Below are positions 7,303 to 16,048 of a DNA stretch of 31,633 nucleotides, one piece after another. The notes beneath the pieces were generated by a model. The model saw only the letters and a program-made list of their open reading frames with translations, was not told where the DNA came from and made no database searches. Source of the DNA: a virus; IMG/VR virus record IMGVR_UViG_3300019471_000061, positions 1 to 31,633 of that record; one strand, 5' to 3'. Made by a program: the position numbers and the translations under genes. The stretch's first letter is position 1; the number at the start of each line of letters is the position of its first letter.

Positions 7303-7471
7303 TCTTTAGTATAGCAAACGTGTTACCAAACGTCAACACTTTTTGTGAAAAAAGTCAGAGATTTTTTGTTGAACCTGTGGAAAACTCACTTCCCGTAGAA
7401 TATGTAGCGATATTCTTTATAAAGTCTAATGATAATACGTTTTAACATAAGTTTAATTTTACCAAATGAAA

Positions 7472-7506
7472 AAAGCTACCGGGCTTGCAAACACAGTAGC
7501 TTAGTT
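7472..7506 (-). terminator. Intrinsic terminator closing the lysis cassette
   Basis: On the minus strand, aagctactgtgtttgcaagcccggtagctt is followed by TTTTTCATTT. Confidence 0.6.
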
Positions 7507-7518
7507 AAAGGTAGAGTT

Positions 7519-7566
7519 TTTCAACTGTTCGGGATTTCCGAACAGTTTAGTTGTTCGGTATTTCCG
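7519..7566. repeat. Two tandem hairpins, each built on TTCGG-N5-CCGAA. The first has a 10-bp perfect stem, aactgttcgg/ccgaacagtt
   Basis: Seen directly. They lie between the holin stop and the terminator. Confidence 0.4.
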
Positions 7567-7568
7567 AA

Positions 7569-7826
7569 TTACTCAACAGCTTCTTTCATCTGCCGCACCA
7601 AGTCTAAGATGATAGTCTTAGCTGCAGACAATCCAGCCGCGATTGCAGACAGAGCAGTAGCCATTGTCAGCGCGTATAATTCGTGCCAGCTTGCAGCGAA
7701 TAGCAAGTTCACTAAGTTTACCCCAGCTAATAAGAACGTCGCGATAAACGTCTGTACAAACGTCCACGCAGCACGAATAACTACGTCTTTATAGTTTATA
7801 TTCTTTAATGCTTCTAGTGATTTCAT
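7569..7826 (-). CDS. Holin, two transmembrane segments, Gram-positive phage type
   Basis: 85 aa. Two hydrophobic helices and a charged C-terminus. It lies directly downstream of the endolysin. Confidence 0.75.
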   Translation of the reverse strand: MKSLEALKNINYKDVVIRAAWTFVQTFIATFLLAGVNLVNLLFAASWHELYALTMATALSAIAAGLSAAKTIILDLVRQMKEAVE

Positions 7827-7835
7827 ATCTCCTCC

Positions 7836-8834
7836 TTATTTCTTAAACTTAAAAATACTCATCAAAAAATCGATAATCTTCTCTAACAAACTTTTATTCT
7901 TAGCGATGTCTTGACTTAATTTGCCGATAGACCTCATAACGTCTTCGTTTGTAGGTTGTGGTGCTAGCGGTTGCTCCTGCGGCTTTTCTTTGATTTGAGG
8001 TGCCTGTTGCAATTCTGGTGTCTTTGGTGCTGGTTGTGGCTGAGGGCGTTTTTCTGGTCGTGGTGTACCTGCATCGCCATTCGCTAATTCGCGTACTCGC
8101 TCTGCTAGTACCCAAATCCCGTCATCTGCCATTTTTAGCTGTAGGTAGCGTTTGTTGTTTTCGGTAGTTTCATCTAATATCTCCGTCGAGCCAACAATTC
8201 GGAAGTAATCACCTGTGTTTATCTCACCATCTAGTAAGTAACCGTCTTTGTCTGTCTTTACTGCTACAGAAACTGGTACACCGTTGTCCTCCCAATCGAA
8301 CTCATCAATCAATCGGTTGCATCTAATTTGTCGTAAGTCGAATACAGTTGCTACTTCATCCGCGTAATAAACTTCAGGTAATGCTACACGCTTTGTTTCT
8401 TTTGGTTTACCTACATATCGATAAAATGCATATGGCGGGCAACCTGAGGCACTCCAGAGCCAGTCGTGATTATCTATAACAATACCCGCTTGATAGCGAC
8501 AGTTAATGACGTTATCAGCGTCCACAAACATTCCTGTATGACCCAACGCACCTCCAGAATTGCCTCGAATACCCCAGATAAAAATATCTCCACGTTGTGT
8601 GTCTGCCTCGCCGTTTGCGTCTTCAGGTACACGAACCCAGCCATTCTTTTCCAGAGCGTCGAATAGTGTGTCTGTGTTGCCAATCCAGTAGCTAGCAGGT
8701 AAAAGACCTGCTTCTTTTAGAGCGTGATATACAGAGCTTGAGCAGTCGTATGAATTTGGACCATTTCGGCTCTCCATTGAGTAAAAAACTCGACCTTTAC
8801 GTGCATAGAACCACGCTAGTGCTTTTTCTATCAT
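7836..8834 (-). CDS. Endolysin: an N-terminal CHAP peptidase domain followed by a binding region and a Pro/Gln-rich linker
   Basis: Catalytic Cys in the YDCSSSVYHAL context and His in the GALGHTGMF context. The C-terminus carries a PQPQPAPKTPELQQAPQ linker and an amphipathic tail. Confidence 0.8.
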   Translation of the reverse strand: MIEKALAWFYARKGRVFYSMESRNGPNSYDCSSSVYHALKEAGLLPASYWIGNTDTLFDALEKNGWVRVPEDANGEADTQRGDIFIWGIRGNSGGALGHTGMFVDADNVINCRYQAGIVIDNHDWLWSASGCPPYAFYRYVGKPKETKRVALPEVYYADEVATVFDLRQIRCNRLIDEFDWEDNGVPVSVAVKTDKDGYLLDGEINTGDYFRIVGSTEILDETTENNKRYLQLKMADDGIWVLAERVRELANGDAGTPRPEKRPQPQPAPKTPELQQAPQIKEKPQEQPLAPQPTNEDVMRSIGKLSQDIAKNKSLLEKIIDFLMSIFKFKK

Positions 8835-8835
8835 T

Positions 8836-9198
8836 TTATTTCCTCCTTGCTTGAGTTTGAATTTCTTCTTGTAATTCTGTGATTGCTTTGTTCTGTTGAA
8901 TTAAGTTATTAGTCGCATAAATAGCCAGTGTGACAAGTGCGACTGCGAATAATTTCGCTACGGTGCTTGTTGCTAGTTTCCAAAAGTTCATAACGCCTGC
9001 GACCTCAGTGTATTTGACGTATTTTTTTTCTGACTCTTTTTCGTGTTTTGCTAGCTGTGCTTGAGTAATATTAGCTTGTGCGATATTTTCAATTCGCTCT
9101 AGCATGACAGTATGCTTGTCTACGCCATCCTTAATGTATTCGACCTTAGCTTGTAACGCTCCAAATTCTTTAGCTGATACTTCTGGTTGTTCGTTCAT
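8836..9198 (-). CDS. XhlA-like lysis-associated membrane protein. The likely start is MNEQPEV
   Basis: N-terminal coiled coil and a C-terminal TM helix (LFAVALVTLAIYATNNL). It is the first gene of the lysis cassette. Confidence 0.5.
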   Translation of the reverse strand: MNEQPEVSAKEFGALQAKVEYIKDGVDKHTVMLERIENIAQANITQAQLAKHEKESEKKYVKYTEVAGVMNFWKLATSTVAKLFAVALVTLAIYATNNLIQQNKAITELQEEIQTQARRK

Positions 9199-9214
9199 AA
9201 TTTTCCCCATAAAA

Positions 9215-9260
9215 AAACGACCACGTGAAGTGATCGCAATCTATTGACTTTATTATAACA
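9215..9260 (-). promoter_or_regulatory. Late promoter-hairpin element, copy 7 (TGTTATAAT-N11-hairpin-U7), upstream of the lysis cassette
   Basis: Minus strand reads tgTTATAATaaagtcaatagATTGCGATCACttcacGTGGTCGttttttt. Confidence 0.5.
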
Positions 9261-9356
9261 CAGACAACTTAAAAAATACGAACAAACATGCGAGATAAAG
9301 CACCCCAAAAACCCTCGCGTGCTTGCTCGCATTTCTACTTATATTTTATCATAAAA

Positions 9357-9375
9357 CAATCCTACCACAGAAACT
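9357..9375. repeat. Left 19-bp inverted repeat, CAATCCTACCACAGAAACT, at the head of cassette 2
   Basis: It is the exact reverse complement of 10077..10095. In frame it encodes ILPQKL. Confidence 0.85.
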
Positions 9376-9721
9376 GTCGTCAATTTCTAGAGGTGATTAT
9401 TCTACTGACGAGGTAGATACTGGTAAAAAATGGATAAATGGCAAGACTATTTATAGAAAGACTTTTGTGATGGGTGGACTTGGTGTAGCTACCACTGTCA
9501 AAAAACCGCACAACATCTCTAAATTGGATATAGTGATTAGGATTCAAGGTATCGCCAAAGAAAACTCAATTGGTGCGACGATTAACCTGCCACATGCTGC
9601 CGATCAACAACCATATACTGTCACTGTATATGCCGATAACACGAACGTGAATATTCAAACATACGCCGATCAGAGCGGATATGTTCAGTCTTATGTGACT
9701 TTGTGGTATACGAAAAAGTAG
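9357..9721 (+). CDS. Start-less alternative tail-fibre C-terminal cassette (cassette 2), carrying a KKWINGKTIYRK-type domain. It is inverted relative to the fibre gene
   Basis: There is no ATG or RBS. The ORF-track start is a TTG. It abuts the fibre gene stop-to-stop (TAGCTA). It shares the in-frame junction ILPQKL. Confidence 0.6.
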
Positions 9722-10666
9722 CTAAATCGTACCTACAGCGATCCAACTTATGCCGTGATTTGCACCACCGAAAATGCCTGAAGTAGAAGCCGTGATAGTG
9801 GTGCCTGTTTGACTAAACGATCCACACTCGATATTTGTGCCAGCGCCGATTTTCTGATCGAAACTTGCTGGAGATGTTGGCGTGTTTCGCGTATATCCGA
9901 TTAAAGTCGGAATGACTGCATATACTTCCTTGAATTTTTTAGGAAAATTAACCTGTACAGCTTGTTGTTTTCCGCCATTTCCATAAAATGACACCCAGCC
10001 CGATTGAATAACTAGCGAACCAGAGACAGCCTGTGCTGAGTTATTAGCGCTAAATGACAGCATATCAGTAGTCTTAAGTTTCTGTGGTAGGATTGAACCA
10101 TCTTTAATATTCTTTGATTCTATAGTACCATCTGAAATTAAATTAGCATTATTTATTCTGCCGTTTGGCAAGGTCGTCATTTTTCGCAAGTCGGTGATGT
10201 CATTACTGCTAATCGCTGTTGCTCCAGCGCGCTTTTTGACTCTAGCTAGTATAATAAATGGATTTGACGCACCAATCGCCGCCTGAATTGCGGAATTTGT
10301 TGGATCGGCTGGATTTGACGCTGCAGCTCCAGAGATAGCTTTTAACTTAAATACGTCATTAGTATTATCTGTTACAGATTGGTCCCCTGCTACATTTCTA
10401 TCGACATAAGCTACAATAACCGCATTTATAGGATTTGAAGGAGACGCTGCTCCGACATTAACCGTTTCTGTTCCGATAACATTTATATTGTAAGATGGAT
10501 CACGCCCAACAAGCGCAGTGCCTGCGTTGACTGTGACATTCATTCCACTTCCAGCCACTACATCTAATCCATCTGCCACTTCTCCGCTTAAAGCATCGCG
10601 TATAAGTTGTGTTAGTGCTGCAGGACTGTGCATTCCTCCGCCGTAATTGAAAACTCGCCTTGTCAT
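9722..10666 (-). CDS. Tail fibre or receptor-binding protein with an H-type-lectin-like C-terminal domain. The true ATG is at 10666, with RBS ggaaaggtag
   Basis: Gly/Ser/Thr/Asn-rich beta-type sequence. It is the last gene of the tail module. The C-terminus resembles the 6019 cassette. Confidence 0.7.
   Translation of the reverse strand: MTRRVFNYGGGMHSPAALTQLIRDALSGEVADGLDVVAGSGMNVTVNAGTALVGRDPSYNINVIGTETVNVGAASPSNPINAVIVAYVDRNVAGDQSVTDNTNDVFKLKAISGAAASNPADPTNSAIQAAIGASNPFIILARVKKRAGATAISSNDITDLRKMTTLPNGRINNANLISDGTIESKNIKDGSILPQKLKTTDMLSFSANNSAQAVSGSLVIQSGWVSFYGNGGKQQAVQVNFPKKFKEVYAVIPTLIGYTRNTPTSPASFDQKIGAGTNIECGSFSQTGTTITASTSGIFGGANHGISWIAVGTI
10077..10095. repeat. Right 19-bp inverted repeat, AGTTTCTGTGGTAGGATTG, inside the fibre gene
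   Basis: Reverse complement of 9357..9375. It sits at the boundary between the constant and variable parts of the fibre. Confidence 0.85.
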
Positions 10667-10705
10667 AATTCTACCTTTCCGCGCCGCCAGAAGGGCTGAA
10701 TAAGA

Positions 10706-10751
10706 AAAAATTGCCACCAAGCGGTCGCAATTTATTACTATAATTATATCA
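10706..10751 (-). promoter_or_regulatory. Late promoter-hairpin element, copy 1 (TGATATAAT...AATTGCGACCgcttGGTGGCAATT-UUUUUCUU), upstream of the fibre gene
   Basis: Reverse complement of 10700..10752. Confidence 0.5.
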
Positions 10752-11178
10752 CATTAAGTGAACCTCGACCCGTCGCTATGACGAAAAACTTAATCTTGAC
10801 CACTTCATTTCCAAAATATTCAACTCGCACTGTGAATTTCTGATTTTTTGGGTCTGAGACGAATTGACCGATAGTGTTTATCGATAGTTGAGCGTTTGGC
10901 GCGCCAACAATTTCGTATTTTGCGCGTACGGATAATCCAGCTACATTTTTATCTGAGTGAAATATCACGTTAAACTCTTTTCCTTGCAATCCATTCGGCA
11001 TCGTCGGTAGCTGTTGTGAGTAATCCCAATTAGAATTTGTCGATATTTTAAATACTTTAACGGCGTCAGCTCCGACAATTTGACGCTCTTTTTTTTCACG
11101 CTGACATCTCTCTAGTTGTTTTAATTCGTATAAAATGTCAGGTTCTGATTCAAGCCTATTTACTGCCACGGCGTCCAC
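10744..11178 (-). CDS. Baseplate or receptor-binding-associated protein, one of a paralogous trio
   Basis: N-terminal coiled coil followed by a beta-rich C-terminus. It shares S.NS.WD...PNG motifs with the 11160 and 11596 proteins. Confidence 0.45.
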   Translation of the reverse strand: MDAVAVNRLESEPDILYELKQLERCQREKKERQIVGADAVKVFKISTNSNWDYSQQLPTMPNGLQGKEFNVIFHSDKNVAGLSVRAKYEIVGAPNAQLSINTIGQFVSDPKNQKFTVRVEYFGNEVVKIKFFVIATGRGSLNVI

Positions 11179-11603
11179 TCCTCAAAACTAATATCGCACG
11201 CGTCATTAGCGATAATCTGAAACTTTAAGTTTATCGGCTGACCCATTGTGCCAAAAATTGGAACAAACCATTTCATCACGTTGTTTTGAGACGGCGACAG
11301 AGGTATTCCTATGACTGAATAAACTGCATTAAGCGCGCTTGATTGAATCGCTAGTCTGCCTACTAAATTTCCGCTATTTTTTGACCTAGCAGTAACTATA
11401 ACCACAGTCCAACCCTCGCCATTAGCGACCTGCCCTGGTCTGTTTGGAGCGACAGACATATCCCACTGAGAATTAGAAGCGGATAACTTCATTTTAATTT
11501 GATCACCGCCGATAATTTGACGCGTTTTTTCGTCGTTCATTTCTCTTTTAATACTGGCGATTTCGTCTATAATATCTCCAACGTTAATTCTGCTTCTACT
11601 CAT
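11160..11603 (-). CDS. Baseplate or receptor-binding-associated protein, paralog
   Basis: See 10744..11178. It starts MSR, like the 11596 protein. Confidence 0.45.
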   Translation of the reverse strand: MSRSRINVGDIIDEIASIKREMNDEKTRQIIGGDQIKMKLSASNSQWDMSVAPNRPGQVANGEGWTVVIVTARSKNSGNLVGRLAIQSSALNAVYSVIGIPLSPSQNNVMKWFVPIFGTMGQPINLKFQIIANDACDISFEEWTPWQ

Positions 11604-12171
11604 ACGAGACCACCGTGATTTTAGTTTTTCCGCGGTCAGTACTGCGCACTCGAAACCTCATTTTTAAGTATTCTCCAGAGCTACTGCCGACACCATAGTT
11701 GACGTTAGTTTCGTATTTATAAATTAACTTTTTTGCGCCGTAATCGGTCTTGTCTATCAAATATTCAGCGGATAAGATGCTCGTGAAGCTACTATCTCTA
11801 TTTGTGAATACCAGCCCTAAAGATGGCGAATAAAACGGCTCCCATCGCTGATTTCCTAGCATAATATCTAGAAATGGATAAACGACTGGCGAGTTTTGAT
11901 TGGCTGGCTCGAATATTGTTGTTATAGCCAGGAGTCTCATATTCAGCGGTCCGCCAGTGTTAGTTAATAGCACTTTGTCGGTCGTAGTTGACGAGCCTCT
12001 GCGCACGAATTCAAAAGTATCCCAGTTTTCGCTATTAGGCGATTGATATGTGCGAACACCAGACGTAACACTAGTCGGTTGTGATATTAGTTTTGAATCT
12101 GCGTGATTGGCTCTGATTCTAGATAGAACACCGACTATATTCTGCTCTTCTAATTCTGTCAATCTGCTCAT
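11596..12171 (-). CDS. Baseplate or receptor-binding-associated protein, paralog
   Basis: Shares the PNSENWD motif with its neighbours. Confidence 0.45.
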   Translation of the reverse strand: MSRLTELEEQNIVGVLSRIRANHADSKLISQPTSVTSGVRTYQSPNSENWDTFEFVRRGSSTTTDKVLLTNTGGPLNMRLLAITTIFEPANQNSPVVYPFLDIMLGNQRWEPFYSPSLGLVFTNRDSSFTSILSAEYLIDKTDYGAKKLIYKYETNVNYGVGSSSGEYLKMRFRVRSTDRGKTKITVVSYE

Positions 12172-12174
12172 ATT

Positions 12175-13251
12175 CTACTCTTGTTGCGCGATGATATTAT
12201 CTACACTTAAATTGTCGAACGTTAGCTTTACTTCTTCTGCGTCATTTTCGTCAACCGTTACCTCGATTTTTTCGATTCTGTAAAATCCGTGAATGTGCTC
12301 AAACATAATGTAGCCATTCATTTCAGCGTAAATCGTATCACCTAAACCAACGTCATTTAAGTCTAGAATACCGTCAGACAGAGTAAAACTCGGTAGCTCG
12401 CGAACATCTTTCAACATCTCCAAAATACCGTTCGTATTTTCTTGAAGTGTCGATTCTCTCTCAACTGAGCTAAATGTAACGACTTTTTCGCGACGATATA
12501 ACGCTTGTCGTGAGAATGGATCTGTAGCTGTAGCCACAATAGCGTCGTCGCCATTTCCACTGCCAATTCCGATGACATAATTAGCTAGACTATCCACCGA
12601 GCGCTCAAAACCAAATCCCGCAACGTTCTTGGGATAAACTAGTCTAATGTCTGGTCGATAATTACCCATCGCGTCAAAAGTATTGAACTTTTTGTCGGGC
12701 GTGAACTGAAAATCTGGTCCATCTATAACGTTACTCAGTCTCGTTAAAAAATCCTTCACATTAGCTCTGGTCTGATTACGCTGTCGAGGATTTTTTCCTA
12801 AAGACGTAAATTCACCGCGACGTATGCCAAAATCTCCGTCTTGTTTGTTTTGATACTGATTAATGACGCCCCACATAATATCTCCTTGGCGGACATTATT
12901 GTAGGCCGCGTCAACATACGCGTCTTTGAAGTAATTGAGATAACCAGTAAAACTCAATTCAATGTCTACTGAGGGGTCGTTTGGTGAAAAATCGATTTTA
13001 ATAAGGTGTGCGCCAATTCTGTCCTTGCCATTTCTCACAATTCGTATATCTGTCGTACCTGCGTCCATAAAATCATACGGTCGCATTCCTGTTTTTTTGA
13101 CATATTCTTCATATCTCGCTAAATCCATTCGAAAACTGACAGTTTCAGCGGCGTTTCTCTGCTCTGTCCACTTCAAACCTTGAGCCAGATGACGAATATC
13201 GCCCAGGCATTTTCCATTTTTGCTGTAAACCTCAATTTTGTAATCTGCCAT
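12175..13251 (-). CDS. Tail-associated lysin or baseplate hub N-terminal domain (Tal-like)
   Basis: Position after Dit and size of 358 aa are typical of siphovirus Tal. Confidence 0.55.
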   Translation of the reverse strand: MADYKIEVYSKNGKCLGDIRHLAQGLKWTEQRNAAETVSFRMDLARYEEYVKKTGMRPYDFMDAGTTDIRIVRNGKDRIGAHLIKIDFSPNDPSVDIELSFTGYLNYFKDAYVDAAYNNVRQGDIMWGVINQYQNKQDGDFGIRRGEFTSLGKNPRQRNQTRANVKDFLTRLSNVIDGPDFQFTPDKKFNTFDAMGNYRPDIRLVYPKNVAGFGFERSVDSLANYVIGIGSGNGDDAIVATATDPFSRQALYRREKVVTFSSVERESTLQENTNGILEMLKDVRELPSFTLSDGILDLNDVGLGDTIYAEMNGYIMFEHIHGFYRIEKIEVTVDENDAEEVKLTFDNLSVDNIIAQQE

Positions 13252-13253
13252 TG

Positions 13254-14093
13254 CTAAATACCTATGAATCCACTTCTAAATCTCAGTTCCGCCTCAGTTC
13301 GCTCGTCTTGAATATCTGTCTGTAGTTCAATTCGATTATCTCCAGCGATTAGTCCCCAAAAATTCGATCCAGCCGTCTGTAAATCGTAAATGTTCATTCC
13401 GTCGAGCAGTATCGTCTTATTTTTCATATCAATCTCCAATTTGTCACCATCTTTAACCACCGCAGTAATTTCCATCGATTGGTTTGTCGTTCGGTTGATG
13501 ATTTTCGGGTTGGTAGCTTTTGTACTGATGATAATATTCGGCAATATCATTTCGTTACCTGAATTATTCACGGTTGCTGGCTGCTCGTCTGGACTGATAT
13601 AGAGCGGAAGTTCGAACGGTATGACAAATCCACCTTGTCGAGTTTTTCGTATTGTTGCTAGAAGTTCTCCGTCGCTGTTGTCGTATAGCAGCGGATCATC
13701 GGCTTTTAAGTTTATTTTCCACTCAACCAAATTCAACACTTTATTAATCGGCATATCAACGCCGATCAGCACTACCTCTGTTGAATAGACGTGTCCCGCT
13801 GGAGTAATAATACGAAGAGTGCCTTTGTTTCTGACTATCTTAGCCAAAATAGTCGAAAATTCTCGTCGCCTATCCTCGACTTCCGCCACTGTTCTACCAA
13901 AAATTCGTCCACTGAACGAGATAAAACGAGGTTCATACAATTGTTTTGTGGTCCAGCCGCCATTTGCTCCTAAATTCGTACCTTGAGATGTTCGAATTGC
14001 GGGTAGCCCTGCTAATCCTTCAATCGGCTCGTCTAAGTGCATACCGATTAACTGGTCATTTATCTGAAAATCGTTCAAAAATACTTGCCACAT
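13254..14093 (-). CDS. Distal tail protein (Dit)
   Basis: 279 aa. It lies immediately downstream of the tape measure gene. Confidence 0.55.
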   Translation of the reverse strand: MWQVFLNDFQINDQLIGMHLDEPIEGLAGLPAIRTSQGTNLGANGGWTTKQLYEPRFISFSGRIFGRTVAEVEDRRREFSTILAKIVRNKGTLRIITPAGHVYSTEVVLIGVDMPINKVLNLVEWKINLKADDPLLYDNSDGELLATIRKTRQGGFVIPFELPLYISPDEQPATVNNSGNEMILPNIIISTKATNPKIINRTTNQSMEITAVVKDGDKLEIDMKNKTILLDGMNIYDLQTAGSNFWGLIAGDNRIELQTDIQDERTEAELRFRSGFIGI

Positions 14094-14102
14094 TTTATCC
14101 TC

Positions 14103-16046
14103 CTACGCCTGGCTTAATAAATACCCCAAATCACTCGCTACCATTTGAGCATCGACCTTGTCGCGAACATTATACGTGTTATTAACTACGATGTGCTTCG
14201 TCAATCCTCCAACATCGCCATTCGTTCGCTTATTAATTTGAGCGACTAAGCTTGCCATTTTACTTTCTGGAACAACCCACTCATTCTGTCCGCCATCACC
14301 AGCATAAATTATCGATCCACCGTTTGTTGGCGGCACAATACCACCTGTAGCGAGTCGAGGAATATGTAGTTGTGAGATATTGCCTATGTGTACACCTGGA
14401 ATCTTATTTATCAAGCCGATAGCGCCGTTAATCGTATTGATAAATCCGTTCGCCATTCGCTCAACCATGCCAAGCGCACCATTTACAGCACCTTTAACCG
14501 CTCCACCTACTGAATTGCCGACGAAACTACCTATTTTTCCGAACATTCCAGCAACAGTATTCCAAACGCCGCCGAAAAATCCAGGCATTCTGCCAAACAC
14601 TCCAACAATAGCGTTCCAGGCTCCCTGAAATACGCCGCTAAACCAACCTGCTGCACCGCCAAACACTCCAACAATGCCGTTCCAAAGACCTCCAAACCAT
14701 TGACCTATTGAAGTAATAGTCGACGATAGAACGCCCACAAATCCATTCCATATGTCCTGACCGACTTGCGTTTGCGTGAAGAACCAAACTAGCCCAGCTG
14801 TAACCGCAGCTAGAGCTACAGCTACTATCGCTAGCGGATTAGCGTTTAGTGCTGCATTAAATAACCATTGAACGCCAGTCGCCACTTGTGTAGCCACTGT
14901 CCAAGCCTTAGAGGCCGCACTAGCTAGAGACACGGCTGTATTGTAGGTAATTACCGCGCCAGCAAATATTCCGACAGCCACAGCTATCACAGTAAACACA
15001 GTGCTGTTGTCTTTTACGAAATTTATCAATCCAGCAATCGAACCAAGCATCTTCTCAATTCCAGAACCAAAGCCACTCACTGCCCCCGTTATGTTTCCAC
15101 CACCAATAGCGCCAATAATCTTACTCACACCACGAACAACAGCTGTTTTCATATTTTCTATAGAGGTCTGAATTCCGCCAGTGGAATTTTTGGCTTGGTC
15201 TTTGAAGTTTTGGAATCCGTCAACACCTTCAGTATTCAATTTTGTGATCGTGTCCATGAATTCGTCCATTGACACAATTCCAGTTCGCATTGACGTGCCG
15301 AGCGCCGTCGTCATATCGCCAGTACCGTTCTTAACAGCCTCTAATTGCTCGACAAGCTCTTTTCCTGTCGAAGACATCGGATTGTTGTTTGCGTATTCAC
15401 GAGCTTTTGCTAAGTACTTGTCGATAGCTGCGCCATTTTGGAAGAATGCTTTTGAAATTTGCTTTAATTGAGCTGGCATAGCGCTCTGTAATGAGCGCCA
15501 TTCGATCATGTCAGGTCTACCTTTAGCGTATGCTTGCGAAATCTGCTCAATTGCCGTAGCCTGAATATCCATCGGTGCGCCACCCGCTAGAATAGCGTTA
15601 TTAAGCGCTAAGAACATGTCCGTAGATTTGCCAACATCGCCATTTTTTGAGGTTAATCGCTGTACAGACATTGCCGCACTGTCTAGTGATGTAGGTAATC
15701 CCTTCAGCTCGTCAGACATTCGAGCAATTGCCTTTTTCGAGGCGTCAGCGGAAATTCCAAGGTTGCTCATTACCTTAGGAAAATTGTTCAAAATGTCCAC
15801 ACGACGAATAGCTCCATCAACAGAGCTATTAATCATATCAAAAGACTTATGAATTCCAGCCGAAATTAAATTACCAGCCGCGACCGAAACCGCACCACTA
15901 ATTCCACTAAAAGCATTTTTCGTCTTATCACTAGAACTACTCGATTTGTTCGTAAAGTTATCAACAGCAAGACCGGCTTTTGATAAAGCCGAGACTAATT
16001 GTGAGCTATTTCCTTTAATTACTAGTGTTAATTCGTTGCTTGCCAT
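14103..16046 (-). CDS. Tail tape measure protein
   Basis: 647 aa. Internal Gly-rich tandem repeats of the form GxWNxIVGVFG, and long Ala/Gly-rich hydrophobic tracts. Confidence 0.8.
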   Translation of the reverse strand: MASNELTLVIKGNSSQLVSALSKAGLAVDNFTNKSSSSSDKTKNAFSGISGAVSVAAGNLISAGIHKSFDMINSSVDGAIRRVDILNNFPKVMSNLGISADASKKAIARMSDELKGLPTSLDSAAMSVQRLTSKNGDVGKSTDMFLALNNAILAGGAPMDIQATAIEQISQAYAKGRPDMIEWRSLQSAMPAQLKQISKAFFQNGAAIDKYLAKAREYANNNPMSSTGKELVEQLEAVKNGTGDMTTALGTSMRTGIVSMDEFMDTITKLNTEGVDGFQNFKDQAKNSTGGIQTSIENMKTAVVRGVSKIIGAIGGGNITGAVSGFGSGIEKMLGSIAGLINFVKDNSTVFTVIAVAVGIFAGAVITYNTAVSLASAASKAWTVATQVATGVQWLFNAALNANPLAIVAVALAAVTAGLVWFFTQTQVGQDIWNGFVGVLSSTITSIGQWFGGLWNGIVGVFGGAAGWFSGVFQGAWNAIVGVFGRMPGFFGGVWNTVAGMFGKIGSFVGNSVGGAVKGAVNGALGMVERMANGFINTINGAIGLINKIPGVHIGNISQLHIPRLATGGIVPPTNGGSIIYAGDGGQNEWVVPESKMASLVAQINKRTNGDVGGLTKHIVVNNTYNVRDKVDAQMVASDLGYLLSQA

Positions 16047-16048
16047 TG

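Noticed and set aside
7236-7794. Plus-strand ORFs 7236..7445 and 7429..7794
   Set aside because: One lies in the AT-rich intergenic region and the other is antisense to the holin gene. The latter runs through the terminator and hairpins and has no translation signals.
7900-8683. Nested or antisense ORFs inside the endolysin gene (7900..8115, 8466..8666, 8474..8683)
   Set aside because: They are fully contained in a well-supported CHAP endolysin ORF and have biased, low-complexity composition.
9357-10095. tRNA T-arm mimicry of the fibre junction repeat (GGTTCAATCC against GGTTCAAGTCC) as evidence that Int uses these sites
   Set aside because: The similarity is only about 10 nt and includes an indel, so it could be chance. 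It is kept only as a speculative note inside the inversion finding and is not counted as a feature.
9323-10720. Diversity-generating retroelement (template/variable repeat pair) targeting the fibre lectin domain
   Set aside because: No reverse transcriptase gene is present. The two lectin-like modules are only about 35% identical at protein level, far below the near-identity a template/variable repeat pair needs. The exact 19-bp inverted repeat at an in-frame junction fits site-specific inversion instead.
10667-10720. ORF-track N-terminal extension of the fibre gene (MVAIFSYSALLAARKGRI)
   Set aside because: An internal ATG at 10666 has a good RBS (ggaaaggtag). The extension overlaps the late promoter hairpin.
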